Shown: positions 15,161 to 31,348, counted from the first letter of the stretch. The stretch is DNA of 64,000 nt from the human T2T-CHM13v2.0 reference genome, Homo sapiens (GCF_009914755.1 NC_060925.1); one strand, 5' to 3'. The notes: a model not told the origin generated them from the letters alone. Numbers and translations are program-made.

Positions 15161-16121
15161 GTTTCCCCTGCCCAGAACCTCAGATGACTGTCTTCTAAGT
15201 CTGAGAGCAACCAGTGGGCCTCAAAGGCGATTGAGGGCTGCTTCCCCTGCCCTGCACCTCCCCCCCGCCCCGTCATGCTGGCAGCCCGGGAGCAGTCTCT
15301 CACGGTTCTGTGGGCAGCTGGAGATGGGGCAGAAGCGGGCGTCAGCTCCACAGTGGGGGCACTGGGAGGTGGGGCCAGGCTTGACTGGGAGGAGAGGGAG
15401 ATGCTGGCTTTTCCTTGGTCCTGCCCCCCGCAGCCTTGCAGTCAGAGGCAGCCCCAACGAGCCCTCTGCAGTTCTGAGTGCCTTCCTCTCCTGTCTCGCA
15501 GAGGGGGAGCCTCACAAACCCTGACAGCAGAAGTGACTTGCCCAGCGTCGATGGGCGCTGGTGGCAGAGCCAGGCTGACCCCCAGCCTGAGGCCCACCCG
15601 ATCCCGATGCTGCACTCCTAGCTCCTTGGCGTAGGTCCCTGGGGCTGTCGGGTGCCCTGGCCTCCCTGGCCTGCCCTGGAGCCAGCTATGAAGGAATATT
15701 CTGGGGCACATGACTCACAAGGCTGGCCCTTCCACTTTTTGTTTTCCTTTCTTTTACTTTTCCCTAATACGGTCTCCTGTGGCCCTTGCTTCTCCTTTCT
15801 TGGGGCTCTGAGATGGCAGTGCCTTTTGCCCTGGAAAGCCTGTCCTGGCAGAGCTCCTGTTAGCTGTCGACCACAGCTGCTCAATCGGGAAGGTTCCAAG
15901 GGAGGCCGAGCAAAGGCATCAGAGCTGCACAGACCTGGGCCATAGCTTGGCTGACCTACTCCCTAGCTATGTGACCTTGGACAAGTCGCTTTGCCTCTCT
16001 CAGCCTCAGTTTTCAGATTCAGTTCAATCCAACCAACATTTATTGAAGACTTGTTAGTGCCCAGTATGATATTAGCCATTGCAGGTGGAGCAGCTCCCCT
16101 GGGAACCTCAAGATTGAGTCG

Positions 16122-16435
<314 letters not shown>

Positions 16436-17224
16436 TCAAGTGGGGCCCTGGATATCCACCTCATAGTGTTGTGAGGATCACGTGAAATAACACATAAAGC
16501 ACTGCATATGGTTCCTGGTTTTAGTAGAGTCTCAGAAATGACAGTGAGCATTCATTTATTCCTGGCTAGTGAGAGCAGTGCTGAGATTTCAGGTGAATCA
16601 TTGTCACTTTGATTTCATACTTGTTAGCAGGAAAGTGCGGAGGCTGCTTCTGCTGGTACTGTGTTGATTTTTTGTATACATTGGCGAGGTGAGCTAGTCC
16701 CTGGTTGTGAGCTGAGGCTGCCATGTTCCCATGTGTGCCCAGACCTTTGAAGGAGGAAGCGCAGCCCATGTGGTGCCCTGTCCTAGGGCAGTCCACTCCT
16801 GGCCCATGCTGGGCACCCAAGAGGTGTTTGTTGAACTAATAGGAGAGGCAGTGGCAAGCTGGGGCACATCCTAGCAGTGTGATTGACGTGGGAGCCAGGG
16901 GTCTGGGAGCCACAGCAGGCGGCCATGGGACCATCTGACCAGGGCAAGAGGGGCCCTGGGATAGGAGCGGAAGTTGAGGACTGGCCTGTGCAGGAGGAGA
17001 GGCCTCATTCTGAGAAACTCGAGGATGAGGGGAGGGCTGGATGTGGGGAGGAGGCAGATTTAGACTCTTCTCCTGGGGGACGATGAATCTTCTGCCAAAG
17101 GAAGAATTTCAATATGGGGGTATGATGTGGGTCAGTGATTCGGGCTTAGAGTGGGGGGCATTTATGGAATACCCACACTGGGCCAGACACAGGGCTAGGA
17201 TCAGTAAGCTTTGTCAGAGAGCCC

Positions 17225-17526
17225 TTTTCTTTTTTTTTTTTTTGAGACAGGGTCTCGTTCCATTGCCCAGGGTGGAGCGCAGTGGCGCCATCTTGGCTCA
17301 CTGCACCCTCGACCTCCCAGGCTCAAGTGATCCTCCCACTTTAGCCTCCTGAGTAGCTGGGACTACAGGCGTGTACCACCATGCCTGGCTAATTTTTGTA
17401 TTTTTTGTAGACATGGGGTTTCCCCATGTTGCCCGGGATGGTCTTGAACTCCTGAGCTCAAGGAATCTGCCTGTCTCGGCCTCCCAAAGTGCTGGAGTTA
17501 CAGGCATGAGCCACTGTGCCCAGGCC
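17225..17526 (-). mobile_element. AluJ-like
   Basis: Poly-T plus dimer. Confidence 0.94.
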
Positions 17527-18979
17527 CTTTTTCTTTTCTGTTTGTTCACTGATGTGTCCCAAGTACTCAGAACAGGACTTGGCTCATGGAGGTGCTTAAT
17601 AAATGTGGGTTGAATGAATGAATGATTGGATGAATGAATGAATATTACCTAATTGGGTCTCAGGAGTGTCATGACACCCAGTTTGCAGATGAATAAACTG
17701 AGGCTTAGGGAGGTTAAGTTGCACATTTGCTAGGTTGTGGAGCTGGGATTTGGAGTCCCCACTGTCTGACTCCAGAGCCGGTGTACAGACCCACCCATCT
17801 ATTAGGATCCTCAAGGAGGAATTCTTTCTGTGGCTGACAGGTTGGATTTCAACCTCTCAAAGACCCCTCCGTCGTCTGAGAGCGTCTGATTGTGGGAAGA
17901 AACAAAATGACCCAGACAACAGCTGGGTCAGTGCTGCAAGTGACAGCAGATGGCTCCTGCCACTAACTCCTGTTCTGATCAGTGGGTGCCCTTTCAAGGA
18001 GCCAGGTTGGGAGAGAGATGGATGCTGCCAGCCCCAAGGAGGCCCTTCCAGGCTTGGTCTGACATCATCATTATCCTCAGCCACAGAGCGGGAGGGTGCT
18101 GGCTCTGGCACAGCTGGCACATAGTGCTTGCTCTGGCCTGCACAGTGGGGCCCGTGTCTCAGGTCACCCCTGCCTGGGTGCATCTCCAGGGTGGTGGCTA
18201 GATGGCCTGGGTGAATCCCAGGTGTTCACGGGGACATGTGCCTGCCCTCAGCCCCCAGGTGGTTCTGGACCAGAATGCCCAGGAGCTTAGGGCTGGGACC
18301 CAGAGAGACTTGGAGGGGGGCTGCTTTGAGAGGCTCTGTTAGGGGCAGTGCCGCTGCAACACTTCAGGGGGGCCACTGGTCTTGGGCACTTGATCTGAGT
18401 CCCCCAAGTTCTCCTCCTGATGTGCTGTCCCACTGGGGCCCTGTCCTACTTGCTCCCATGGGTGGAGGCTTCATGGTCCCACCTGAGTGTACCCCAGCAG
18501 CACAGGAGCCCAGCTGACTGGTGGCTGGCTCGTGGCTGAGGTTTTAACCTGTAAATACTGTAGGGGCTCAAGACACAGGCTCTGCAGCCACGTGGCCTGG
18601 GTTCAAAGGCCAGCGCTCTCATTTATTGACTATGTGACCTCGAGCAATTTTCTGAACCTCTCTATGCCTCTATTTCCTAACCTGTAAAAGGGAATGAGAG
18701 TGGCCCCTGTCTCAGAGGGTTTTTAGGAGGAAATTATAGGAGCTGTAGGAGTAAAGGGCTTGGATTAGCACTGGGCCCTTAGCACGCAGTTAACACGTGT
18801 TCGGTGTCTGATGTTGATTTTGGCACTGACATTGGGCAACCCAAGGAGCCACTGCATTTCTGCTGTGCCCTGTGGCTGGCACCTGGATTCCACTTCCTCA
18901 GTAATGCTTGTCATGAATGGGCCAGGTCAGCAGGGACAAGAAGAGCAAAGGCAGCACCCGGGCACTTCACTCCCACCCA

Positions 18980-19315
18980 AGGCCCCATTCGGGCAGCTGT
19001 AACGAAATGCCGTGACTCTTACCAGCAACAGGCAGTTATTTCTCAAAGTTCTGAAGGCTGGAAGCCCATGATCAAGGCAACAGCAGATTTGGTGTCTGGT
19101 GAGGGCCTGTTCCTTATAGATGGTACCTTCTCACTGTGTCCCTGCGTGGTGGGAGGGCCTAGCCGGGGCCTTGTTTACAAGGATACTAATCCCATTCACG
19201 AGGGCTCTACCCTCATGACCTGATTACCTCCCCAAAGCCCCACTGCCTAATCCATCACCTTGGGGGTGAGGTTTCCGCATAGGAATTTTAGGGGGATAAA
19301 AACATGCAAATACTG
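18980..19315 (-). mobile_element. MaLR LTR, MLT1A-like
   Basis: ttatttctcaaagttctgaaggctggaag...ctggtgagggcc...actaatcccattcacgagggctc...caccttgggggtgagg. Confidence 0.85.
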
Positions 19316-20147
19316 TGGGGCTCAAGGCACAGGCCCTGGAAGCCCTCATTTCTACCTTCTTCCCTTCTCCCTCCTGCTTAACATTTGCTCCTTGCTGCTG
19401 CATCCCAGGCATTGCAGACGAACTATCCATGCTTTTGGTCACCCTTTCAAGGAGCACTAACTGGTGGACGGCCCCCCTCCAACTCCTCATTGCCTGAATC
19501 TAGGCTCAAGTCTGCTCTCAGGAGTTTCTGCAGCCCCCAGGTCTCCCGAAGGGAAGCCCAGCTGCTATTGTCAACACTGTTCAGTTCTCCTTCCCCTTCT
19601 GGACCGCCAGTGGCTGTGTCTTTCTCACCACAGCAGGGGATACTTGATGAATATGCATAGAGGGTTGAGCCATGCGCTAGGCTCCGGGACACAGGGCAGG
19701 AGGGTGCAGCTCCTGGCCTCGGAGAGCTCGGCAGTCTGGTTGTTTATTTACTAACTCGGGTACCAGGACCGTGGCTGGGCACTGAGGACATGGAGAGGCA
19801 AAAGATGCAGTCCCACCTTAAAGAGGCGGCTGTACATATTCCCCCTCCCTCCCTGGCTGCCTCCTCTCCCCACCTCCTGTATTGCGGATGCTGGGCCAGG
19901 TGGTGCAGATACAGACACAAGTAGGTCGTGGTCTCTGCCCCCACAGTCTAGCGGGGAGAGGCACAAAAACAAGTACTGTAGCAGAATGCAGTTTCTTTAG
20001 ATACTTGTAGCCTGGTGTCTGCCATGGAAACCAGTGGCAATGGCTTTGGTCTTTGTATTCCTGTGACTAGTAATGGTGACACAACCCTGCATTAACAGGC
20101 CAGCGTCTGCTATAGATCCCCAGAGGACTTCACCAATGCCCTCTGAT

Positions 20148-20364
20148 CCGGGTTTCCCAACCTCGATCCATTGACATTTGGGCTGGATCATTCTTTGTGT
20201 TGGGGCTGTCCTGTGCCCTAAAGGATGTTTAGCAGCTTCCCTGGCTTCCACCCACCAGATGCCAGTAGTGTCCCCCCTCCCCACCTAGTGTGGCAACCAA
20301 AGTGTCTCCTGCCATTGCCAAATGTCCCTTGGGGGACACAACAGCCCCTGGTTGAGAACCATGG
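20148..20364 (-). mobile_element. MER20 hAT DNA transposon
   Basis: ggatgtttagcagc...cattgccaaatgtcccttggggg...ggttgagaacca. Confidence 0.88.
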
Positions 20365-21288
20365 CCTCCCATAGATCTGTAAAGCTGTAACTATAAATCA
20401 AGGTGGGATGGAAATTTTGAAATCCAATACTGTCTCCCTCCCCAACATCCCATGTACCTTGGGAGCATCAGTGATCTGGTTTGGCATAAAACACAAACAT
20501 CTTCTGGGATGTGGAGGGGCCCTTGGAGGCTGTGCACCTTGCCCAGGCCACAGAGAAGCAGGGCCCCTGGCGGAATGAACTGGATCATTGCCAGGTGTTC
20601 ATGTGCCCTGTTCTGTGTGGATGCAGTGTTGGGCCGGTCATCACATGGCCACATGGAGTATGCAGGGCCAGTATCAGACCTGGGAGAGTTGAGTCCAGAT
20701 GTTCAACTGTCCTCTTGAATCTCAGTTCAGCCCCGGTATTCTCCTTCACCTCACAGCACCTATGACCAGGGGACCAAGTGCTCATCAGCAAACCCCATAA
20801 CCTCGAGTGCTTCCTGGGGCACAATAAAGATTTGCTGAATGAGCAAGGGGGGGTTGTTGGATGGCAGAGGGATGCCAAGGGATGCAGACTGGCTTTTCTG
20901 TCACCCTCTCGAATGCCGTTGAACTTAAAAGTCCCCAGAGTGAGGGAGCGGGGTCTGGAGACCTTGGCTCTGACAAAGCACGTGTGGAAGATGTGACTGC
21001 CATCACTCTCTTCCTGCTTTGCACCCTGATCTGGAAGCAGATGGTGTCCCCGTGTCCCTGTCCTCTGACAAAGAACTGGGCCACAGGACGACCTTGGATA
21101 GACCTGGCAAAGGCTCAGTGTTGGCAGGCAGTGTCCAGGTGGCCATCCGTGCATCCGCCCCTCCAGCTAGCATTTTTGGGCACCTGTTATGCTTGCTGGC
21201 AGTCTGCAAGAAGCGAGCCCTTGATCCCACCTTCCCAGGCCACTGGCCTCTTTCTGCTGGTTACTTGGGATGCTCCTGTGTCAAGTGA

Positions 21289-21654
<366 letters not shown>

Positions 21655-24099
21655 TAGCAGAATATTTTTTGAGATCCAGTCAGGAAGTGGAACCTGAGTT
21701 CCCGGGGCTGATTCTCCAGCCGGCGTGCTTTGCTTGAAGGGTCCATGTCTGCAGATGGCTCCAAGCTGGCCCTGTGCTGACTATGCGGATGCAGGGAATT
21801 GGAATGTCTCTTTGGCACCATGCACAGAGCTTGGTCATTGCTGCATTTCGCACCAACTAAGGCAACTCTGGCCTTGCTGTCTCATTTTTGGATCCTCCCC
21901 CTTCCTGTCCTTGACCCTCTTCCCTGGAATCTTGACTTTAAAAGAGGAAGGGGCTGGGTGCAGGCTTTTGGGTGCTCAGCACTGGGCCAAGCTGATGGCT
22001 TCCTGTAGCACTTCAGTGAGGGCAGGTACTGCATGGTCAGATGCTGCTAGAGGGGCTGCCTCCTAAGCCTTGCCTTCACCATCCAGGCAGGCAGTGCCTT
22101 CCTGGAGGGCAGTGACGGGGAGCTCTGGGACCCTTCAGCTCTAGCCTGGGACACCACCCCTTCTTGTAGGCCGGTGCTGCTGTTCATTTAGCAGGAGGCA
22201 GTCATTTATTCATTCAACAAACATTTATTGAGCACTTACTGTGTTCCAGGCTCTCAGTGAAGCACTTTCTGAGAATTATTATCTCATTTAATCATTAGAA
22301 CAGCCCTGTGCATGGTGATTCTTATAGTTGTCATTGTATGGAAGAGGAAACCAGGGATCGGAGCAGTGGATGGCATCTGTGTCACAGCTGGCCTCAGCTG
22401 GGATTGAGCACAGAGCTCAGTCTCCTAAAAATCCCTACCCAGGGCATGATGGTGACATGGCAAAAAGGGGAACCTGGGGGGCACACTGGCAGGACCAGAG
22501 ATTGCTTCAGAGCAGAAATGACCTGGAGTAGAGTGGTCCCATTTTTCACTGGGCAAGCAGTGGTGTCTCTGCCTGCAGGATGTCGGGGGGTGCTTGAAGC
22601 TCATTACACCCAGTGTGGCTTCCATGCCAAGGCAGAAGGAATACTAGGGGGAGTTTAGGACCAGGCTGTGGGCGGCATCCGCATTGTCTGGTTCCTCGTA
22701 AGTTGCACCACAGGGTTGGTCAGCAGCAGTTCAGCTCTTGTTAAAGCTGATAGGGAAAGAGGACGGGTGTTTGGGAACAGTTCTCTTGGGGGATCCTGGT
22801 CCCGGATTTGACTTCAACTCAGGACAACAGGACTCAGGGCAAATCCTTTTAATGATTGAAGCCATCCCTCCCTGCTCTCCCTCCCCCAACACCTCCAGCC
22901 CAGTCTTCCCTGTCCCCTTCCCACAGCCCCAGTCCGCATCTTCTCAGATTGTGAAGTTAATTGCAAGGGAGTGGGATGGACCCATTGGCCTGATCCTGAT
23001 GGATCTTTCCAGTCACAGCTGAAAGACCTTGGGTCTAATCATGGATCCACCTTTGATCAGATTCTTGGCTTTGAACAAATCTCTCTCCCTCTCTGAGCCT
23101 CAGTTTCCTCCTCTGTAAAACAGGGTCAGGTACCTGCCATTCGTGGGTTGGCTCTGCCCCTGGAGGAACTGGTGGGAGGATTAGGGGAGGCACCAGGCAT
23201 CCCCTGGCCTGGAGCAGTGCTCAGAGCCAACTCCCTCCAGAGGTGCCCCAGAACAGCTGGAACTGCACTCACACCCTTATCTGGGGAGGACAGCACATCA
23301 CTGAGGGGTGTGGTTTGAATCATAAGTGCTGGCTGCTCTGAATTCAGCCAGAGCTATCCTGGGCTGTGTGGCTGAGGGCCCCCGGGGGTCCTGGGGCTCC
23401 ATGCTGGGCTTGCATTTCAGGAGACCTCAGATGCTGCTGGCCTGCTTGCCCTGCCGTTGTTGGGTGGGTTGAGCTGTTTTTAGCTCTAAGCTTTGCAAAG
23501 GCTGTTTCTTTCCTGCCCAGAGCTCCCTCGTGGGACAGAGTGAACAGGCCCCTCCCTGCCAGACAGAGATTGGGCCTGAAGAAAGAGCTTGGAGCCAGAT
23601 GGGACCCTGTGGGCTTTGAAAGGGAGGCCTGGTTTGCTCTCTGTGGCCTGCCAACCTGGGACACCGGTGCCCAGCCTTGCTCCTTCCCTGGGAAACTGAA
23701 TAGACGCCAGGGTCTCACACCTGCCCCGTGGGAAAGGCTGGGGTATGTGCCTGCCTGGTGACGGTGGCAGCCGCGGAGGCTCGCGGATCCTGTCCCCTTT
23801 GCCGGCCACATGCTTCTGACTCATCAGAGGAAGAATGTGGTCTTTTTGGGAGAGAGTTTTTAAAAATAGTCCAAGTCCTCCTCTGGCCCTGTCCCACTCC
23901 TCCCCTTCTGACCATTTCCTGGCATCAGCCCCAGACCTCTTTCCACTCTGGTTTTGGGGAACTGCCCCTTTGCAACTTGGCTGTGAATCTGTTTGTGAAC
24001 CTTACTGGGGAGGAGCTGTCCTGGGTGCAGGCTGGTTTCAGAAGGGAGGGGCCCAGCTGTGGCCGCCTCCTCCCCAGGGGCCCGACTTGGGACGAGGGA

Positions 24100-25490
24100 T
24101 TTCTGCATTCCTTTGGCAACTGTGCCTTGGGTCGCCTGTGTGTCAGGCCTGTGCCATGGGTGCAGATAAGAGCGGTGAACAGTGGTCACAGTCCTGCCTT
24201 CATGGAGTCCACATTCTCATAGGAGGAAACTGATAAATAACTAAAATTTGTAGTTGCCAGAGGTGTTAAATCCTGTGAGGATGGGGACACTGGGTCAGGG
24301 CATGTGTGTGGGCTGTCAGGAGAAGGCCTCTGATACAGCGACCTTGGAGCAGAGCCCTGAAGGTGAGGGCAGCAGTGTGTGGGTATCTGGGGGAACAGCA
24401 TTTCAGGCAGTGGGAACAGCAAGTGCAAAGGCCCTGAGGCAGAAACATGCTTGGGGCATTCAGGGAGCTGGAAGGTGGTGGTGACTAGAGTGAGCTGTGT
24501 GGAGAGAGGTAGGACATGAAGTCGGGGGGGTTGTGGGGGCTCTGACACGTGGGGCCTCAGAGATCAAGATGAGGGCTTGGGTCTTCCTTAAATGAGGTGA
24601 GAAAACATTCCAGGCTCTGAGCGGAGGATGAACTTGGCCGCTGTGCTGAGAACAACATGTCAGGGCAGGGGTAGAGGTGAGAGCAGAGGGACTGGTCAGG
24701 AGGCGTTTTGAATAGCCCAGGTGAGAGATGATGGTGGTTTGGGCCATGGTGGTACTGTGGAGGGGGTGAGATGCGCTCGGATTCTGGGCGTATGTTGAAG
24801 GTAGAGCCAGCAGGTTTGCTGAAGGGTGGGCCCTGGGTGTGAGACAGAGGTGTCAAGGATGACTCCAAGGTTTTGGCCTTAGCAGCTGGTGGGATGGTGC
24901 TAGCAAGCGGGATGGGAAGACTGGGAGGAGCAGGGTTCTTTGTTCTGGCAGCATGGTGATCAGGAGGTGGGTATGGGCACGTTAAGGCTGAGATGCCCGA
25001 TCAATCACTGAGTGAAGACACAGAGCAGGCAGAGGGGCAGAGCCTGGAGTTCAAGGGCAGGACAGGCTGGAGGCATCACTATGGCCATGGCTTAGGACCC
25101 ACGAAGTGAGCCAGGTGACCCAGGTGGCCCAGGGAGGAGCCGCGGTGTAGCCTGAACCTGGGAACTGCCAACCTGGAGGGAGGAAGGAGGAGCGGAGGAA
25201 GGGGAGCTGGAGCGAGACGTGAAAGAAGGGAGCAGCTGGCAGGTCAGGCAGAATGGGGACCGAGATGCTCCTCTCTCCCCATCCTGGTCCATCAGAACCG
25301 GTGTAGTGGAGGCCGCAGGTGACCTCGTGAGCTGGCTGGCAAAGCGGTGGGCACACACTTGGTTGGGAATAGGTAGCTCAGCACAGAATAGGAGACAGGG
25401 ACAGGAGACGGAGCATGGGCACTCCTCGGGGAAGTCTTGTAAAGGGGAGCAGAGAAATGGGGTAGTGGGTGGAGAGGGTATGGGATCAGA
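24100..25490 (-). mobile_element. L2 LINE fragment (~1.4 kb)
   Basis: gggaacagcaagtgcaaaggccctgaggcag, gattctgggcgtatgttgaaggtagagcc, gtcaaggatgactccaaggttttggc. Confidence 0.85.
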
Positions 25491-25500
25491 TGAGCAGTAA

Positions 25501-26094
<594 letters not shown>

Positions 26095-29000
26095 TGAGAT
26101 CCAGCTGTGCGCAACCATCTCCCTGACCCAGCCCGAATTCTTTGCTTGCGGGGGTCAATCCACCCGATGTGGGAGGGTGCGGCCTGGGAGAGACCACCAG
26201 GGCACCGGCAGAGGAGAACGCCTTGTACTGGGTCCATTTTGGGAGCCCGGGACGCCCTCCTCAGCCCCCTGCTCCATGGGGCCTTGTGGGAATATCAGGG
26301 TAGAAAACTCTGCAGGCATGGAGAGTTTAGCTGTGGGTTAGCTCCCACCTGTGACCGATGGAGAGCGTGGTGCGGGCCCCTTCCTGCTGTCCCTCTGTTG
26401 TGCTTTAGGTGAGTTCCTGCCCAGGGCTGGGCCAAGTTTATTACCTTACTTCTTCCTCATCTGAACTGGAGAGAGCCTCACCTCCTTGCACACTCCCCCC
26501 TTTTACTTACAAAGCTAAGTGAGTCTAAGAAGCCTAAGCCAGTGGTGGAGCCAGGATCAGAACACGCCTGATCCCCTAGCCCCTGCCCTGGCTCTGATCT
26601 GGAAGTGGGGCACTGTGCCCTCCCCTGCCTTGGGTATGTACCCGCTGGCCTCCTGTGGCTGCTGCCTGAGGACAGGAACCCGGAACTCTCTTTTGTTTCT
26701 TTGTCCCCAGTGCCAAGCTGGGGCCTGGCAGGCAGTAGGTGCGCAGTGAGAAGTTGGCTGAGTGGGGAAGGATGAGTGGCTTACTTTGTGAAAGGTGGAG
26801 AAGGTGAGCCTGACCCCTGGAGGTGAGGAGGGTGAACTGGGGTCACAGATTCCCCAAAGGTTGTACCTCAGCTTGGCCCCCTGGAGGCTTTAGTTCAGCC
26901 CTGAGGTGTAGCAGGAGCAACGCTGCCCCTCCCTTTGGCTCCACCCTGATGCCTGGGGAGTGGTAGACACCCCTGTGTGTGCCCCCAAATCCTACTGTTT
27001 CCCTTGGCAGTGCCCCTCCGTGAGCTCCAGCTCTTTCCTGCCATTCTTCCGTCTGTACACCTGCTGGGTTGCAGGGACGCACATGGACCTCCCTTTCCCG
27101 GCCTGCCTCATCCTCCTGGGGGGCTTTGGGTAGGTCCCTTCCCATCTGAGCCTCAGCTTCCCTGTGTCTAAAAAGGAGGTGAGGAAACCCACCTCTCAGG
27201 CTGCCTGCAGACTAAACACACTCTCATGCTAAGTGGTGAGGGCCCAGCAGCGAGGACGCCCAGCAGCTGGGAGGCGGGCATCCCTGTTGTAGGTGGGGAA
27301 GCTGAGGCTCTGATGGGCGAGTTGATGGCACACAGTATGTGTCATGCCAGCTGCTGTCCCCTCTCTGGCTTCCAGGTGGGAGCCACGGTGCCCCATCACA
27401 GGGACACCCCTGATGTGGGGCTGAGGGTCTGGGGTTCTCTGGAGAAGAGGGGGGTCAGTTCAGCTGATGGCAGGTGGCTTCCTCCGGCACTTCAGCTTCT
27501 TCACTCCTTCTGCTGGGCTGGATCGCCGGGGACAAAGGGGTTAATGTGTCTGGGGGCTGGGAGGGAAGGAGGAAGAGCAGGAGGAGGAGGTAGAGGAGGG
27601 GGGCTGGAGATAGAGTCTGGGGCCGCCCCCCTCCCACGCTGTCCAGCCACTTCTCCAGGCTGGCTCTGGTTTCCCAGGCAACAGCCCCCAGGGGTCCCCT
27701 CTGGCCTGGCCTCAGGGTCGGCTCCTTCCCACAGAGACCTACTCCCAGGGCCCCCTCCCCAGTGCTCCCCACTCTTCCTGCCTGCAGATCCTCACCAGGG
27801 GCTCCCTAGGAGGTCAGTGCAGGAGGGTGGGTGCCACCGACTCTGGGCTCAGGACAGAGTCTCCATTGTCTGAGGCTCCAGCCATTGACCAAACTTGGCC
27901 CCTGCCCCAGTGAGGCAGGCCCCCTTCTCAGAGCTCCCCTCCCCCTCCCTGGTGAAGAGGAAAGGAAGTTGGAGCCGCCCCCACCTCGGGAAGCCCTTTG
28001 AGTGTCCATCAGGTGGGTGAGGGAGGAGCTGGGGTGTGTGGTCCCTTGCCAGATTCTGCAGCTCTGGCACCTGCAGGGTTGAGGAGGGTCTGGGAGGACG
28101 CTCCCTGACCCACCCACTCCCCTACTCCCCCTTCCACCCTGGGCCTGGGACCAGGCTGAGGGTCCTGCCCTCTTGCTCCCAGGGGCTCCGTAGCTGTGTG
28201 GCCTTGGGGATGCCCCTCAGTCTCTGTCAGCCTCATTTTCCTCATTTGCTATGGGAATCAAATGAGATGCAAACTAAAATGTTCAGTATGGGGCCCGGTG
28301 CAGACAGTGCTCGGAGGTGTCAGCTATTGTCATTTCAAATTTTGTGATCTCAGGCCTGGTGTTCCGGTGGAATACGTTTGTCTTGGACTTAGTTTAGCAG
28401 TCTGTAAAATGAGAAAATGCTGTTGGTCCTCAGGGACTGGCAGGAACCGTGGGAAGGAAACTGACATTCATTACAAACCTACCAGTGTTGTCCAATGTCA
28501 TCTTATTTACACCTGCACCTGACAGGTAAGCACAGGAGGCGCAGAGGGCTGCCTGCTTCGGAGTGGGGCTGCTGGAGAGCAGAGGATGAGTGTTGTCTGG
28601 GCTGGCTTCATACCAAGGCCGGGTTCCTGTCCACACACCTCATCCTTCTCTTCTGCCTGCGCCCCTCCTGCTATAGCTCTGCCTGTGTTTTCTTGAAGGC
28701 AGCTCCTCTCTCCCCATCCCGGACTCTCCACCAGGTGGCCCTTTGCGCTGAGAAGAGCTGTGGGCATCTTGCTGCCCTGCGTGGGGGAGCCGTGGGCCCT
28801 CTTCTCTGTCAGGAGACCCCGCCCCACTTCCTGTTCCAGCTCCATTGTGTGGTTTGCATCCCCTTCTCTTCCTTCCGGGCCCCGGGCTTTCAGGACAGGC
28901 AGAGGACACCAGGAGGGCTTGTACCTCACCTTCCATCTGTTCTCCCCTCCTCTGGGCCGAAGCCCCACACAAGCAGCTCCCCAGGTCCAGGGATGTCCCA

Positions 29001-31017
29001 GCCTCATGGGTTCCTGGTCTGTGCCCTTTGGTTCCATGCTGGGTGGGTCCCAAGCAGGGGAAGGTCTCAGCTGTTGTCTAGTGTGTACCCCGGGCCAGAC
29101 CCAGTGCTACCCATGCTGAGATGGAAAGAAGCCCAGTGCCCCCAGAGAGGTCACAGGCTCTTGGGGAGGGCAACAGTTATAATGGGGCTGTGTCTGCAGG
29201 CATGTACCTGTCCCAGCACCACCCATGCTCTTTGAAAACAGCCTGTTGGCCCCCTATCAGCTGCACCTCTGAGCCACTGAATCAGAATCTCTGGGTGTGG
29301 GCCTGGGACATAAATATTTTTAAAAAGCTTCACAACTGGAAACCACTGTGTGAAATGGGTCTAAGGAAGCTTTGTAGAGGAGAAATGGGGTCTGGTTTTG
29401 ATGACTGAACAGGAATTTGCTTGCTGGTTGTGAGAGAGAATTCCATGTGGAGGGAACAGACAGCTTAAGCAAAGGCCTGGAGATGTCAAACAGGTCAGGT
29501 GGCATGGTCATGGGGCTGAAAGCCATTCGTGAGAGCCAGAGCAGAGTTCCAGGCCAGGCCCGGAGCCGATGAGATCCGAGAGGTCGGTGGAGGGGGCGAA
29601 TCTTGGAGGGCCTTGCTTAGGACCCAGGCTCCATTCTGACAGTGATGGGGAAGGGTTTGAAGCAATAAGGTGATGTGACAGGTGTGTTTGCGGAGTGTCT
29701 CTGTGGCAGCGGAGGTGGCAGGTGGGTTGGCCTAGCGTGTGTCTAATGAGAGTTGAAAGCCAGAGAGACCTCTCAGAGAACACAGGTACGTGGAGGAGTT
29801 CTGGTCCTGACCAGCCCAAGCACCTGGTCTTTCCCCCCATTCCCCACCTTCTTTCTGCTTCAGGAGGTGGGCCCTGCAGAGGGCCTCTGAGGCCAGAGCT
29901 TGACAAGCGTGCTTGGGCCAGAACCGATTCCTTGCTTCTCTCTGGGCAGGGCTGGGTGGCCGCTGCCCAGCTCATCCCAGCAGTCCAGCTGCTGCTTCCC
30001 CCGCTTCTGCCTGGACCTTGTTAGAGAAAGAGGCCGGCCTTTCCTGTCCTCAAGGCACGACTTGCGCAGCCTTCCAGACTTTCAGGGCCCCCAAGTGTTT
30101 TCTTCCTCCAGGCCTCATTCAGGTGGAAGAGGGATGGGGCAGCTTGATGTGTGAGGGGTGGGAGATGGTCTTGGGGGGCCCGGGGTGGGACAGGGGCAGG
30201 CAGGAGGAGGGTTTCCTAGTGGGGCCTCTGGGCAGATGGACTTTGAACCCTAGTGGGAGGGGAACTAATAAGCACTGACTAAATTAGCCAAGCCAGGAAG
30301 ACACCTGCTGTGATGAGCTGGGCAGCTGAGGGCAGAGGGAGGTGCCAATGCCGGGCTGCTCTGGGTGGTCCCGTCGCTGAGCCTAACCTGCTCCGGGCCT
30401 CTGGTGGGCACACCCCATAGCCGGGAGCTGGGGCCTCCCCTCTTCCTCCCTTGTCTGAGCACTGCCTCCTCCTCAGCCATTCCACGCAGTAGCAGGAAGG
30501 GGAACTGTTCAGTGTCCGCCTGTTCCTTGGGTTTGGTGGTCATTGTTAAAAAGGTGACCTCCAAGAGAAAACAATCTCCTATAACCCCACCACCCAAGCA
30601 TAGCCTGGATAGGGTCCCCATGGTAACAGAGGCCCCTGTCTACCCAGAGCTTACTCCGTGCAGGGCATGGAGCGTAGAATTCATCACACCCACTGCTGGG
30701 TCCTCATTTCATCAGCACAGGACGCTCAGGAAGCAGGTGCTGGTCTTACTCCCACCGCCCCAGTGAGAAAGGAATTCACTGCTGCTGTGGCAAGTGGCAG
30801 AGCTGGGATTTGAACCTGAATCATCCCGGCACCAAATCCTATCCTCTAAACGTGGCCTTCGGTGTCACCGCCTGGAGAGTCACCGTGCTGTGGGCAGTGC
30901 CCTCCTCCTTTGGACTCAGTTTCCACATCTGTAAAGCAAGAGCAACACTGCCCTCTTGGAGCTACTTTCTGGTTCTGACATGCCATGCTTTTGTATTAGT
31001 TCTCTTTTTAAAGATGA

Positions 31018-31348
<331 letters not shown>

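Noticed and set aside
28724-28742. CTCF-like ccaccaggtggccc
   Set aside because: Partial match only; cannot be supported without matrix scoring or ChIP data
28495-29235. Longest ORF in the track (246 aa)
   Set aside because: No recognisable domain or exon structure; long frames are expected by chance in GC-rich DNA
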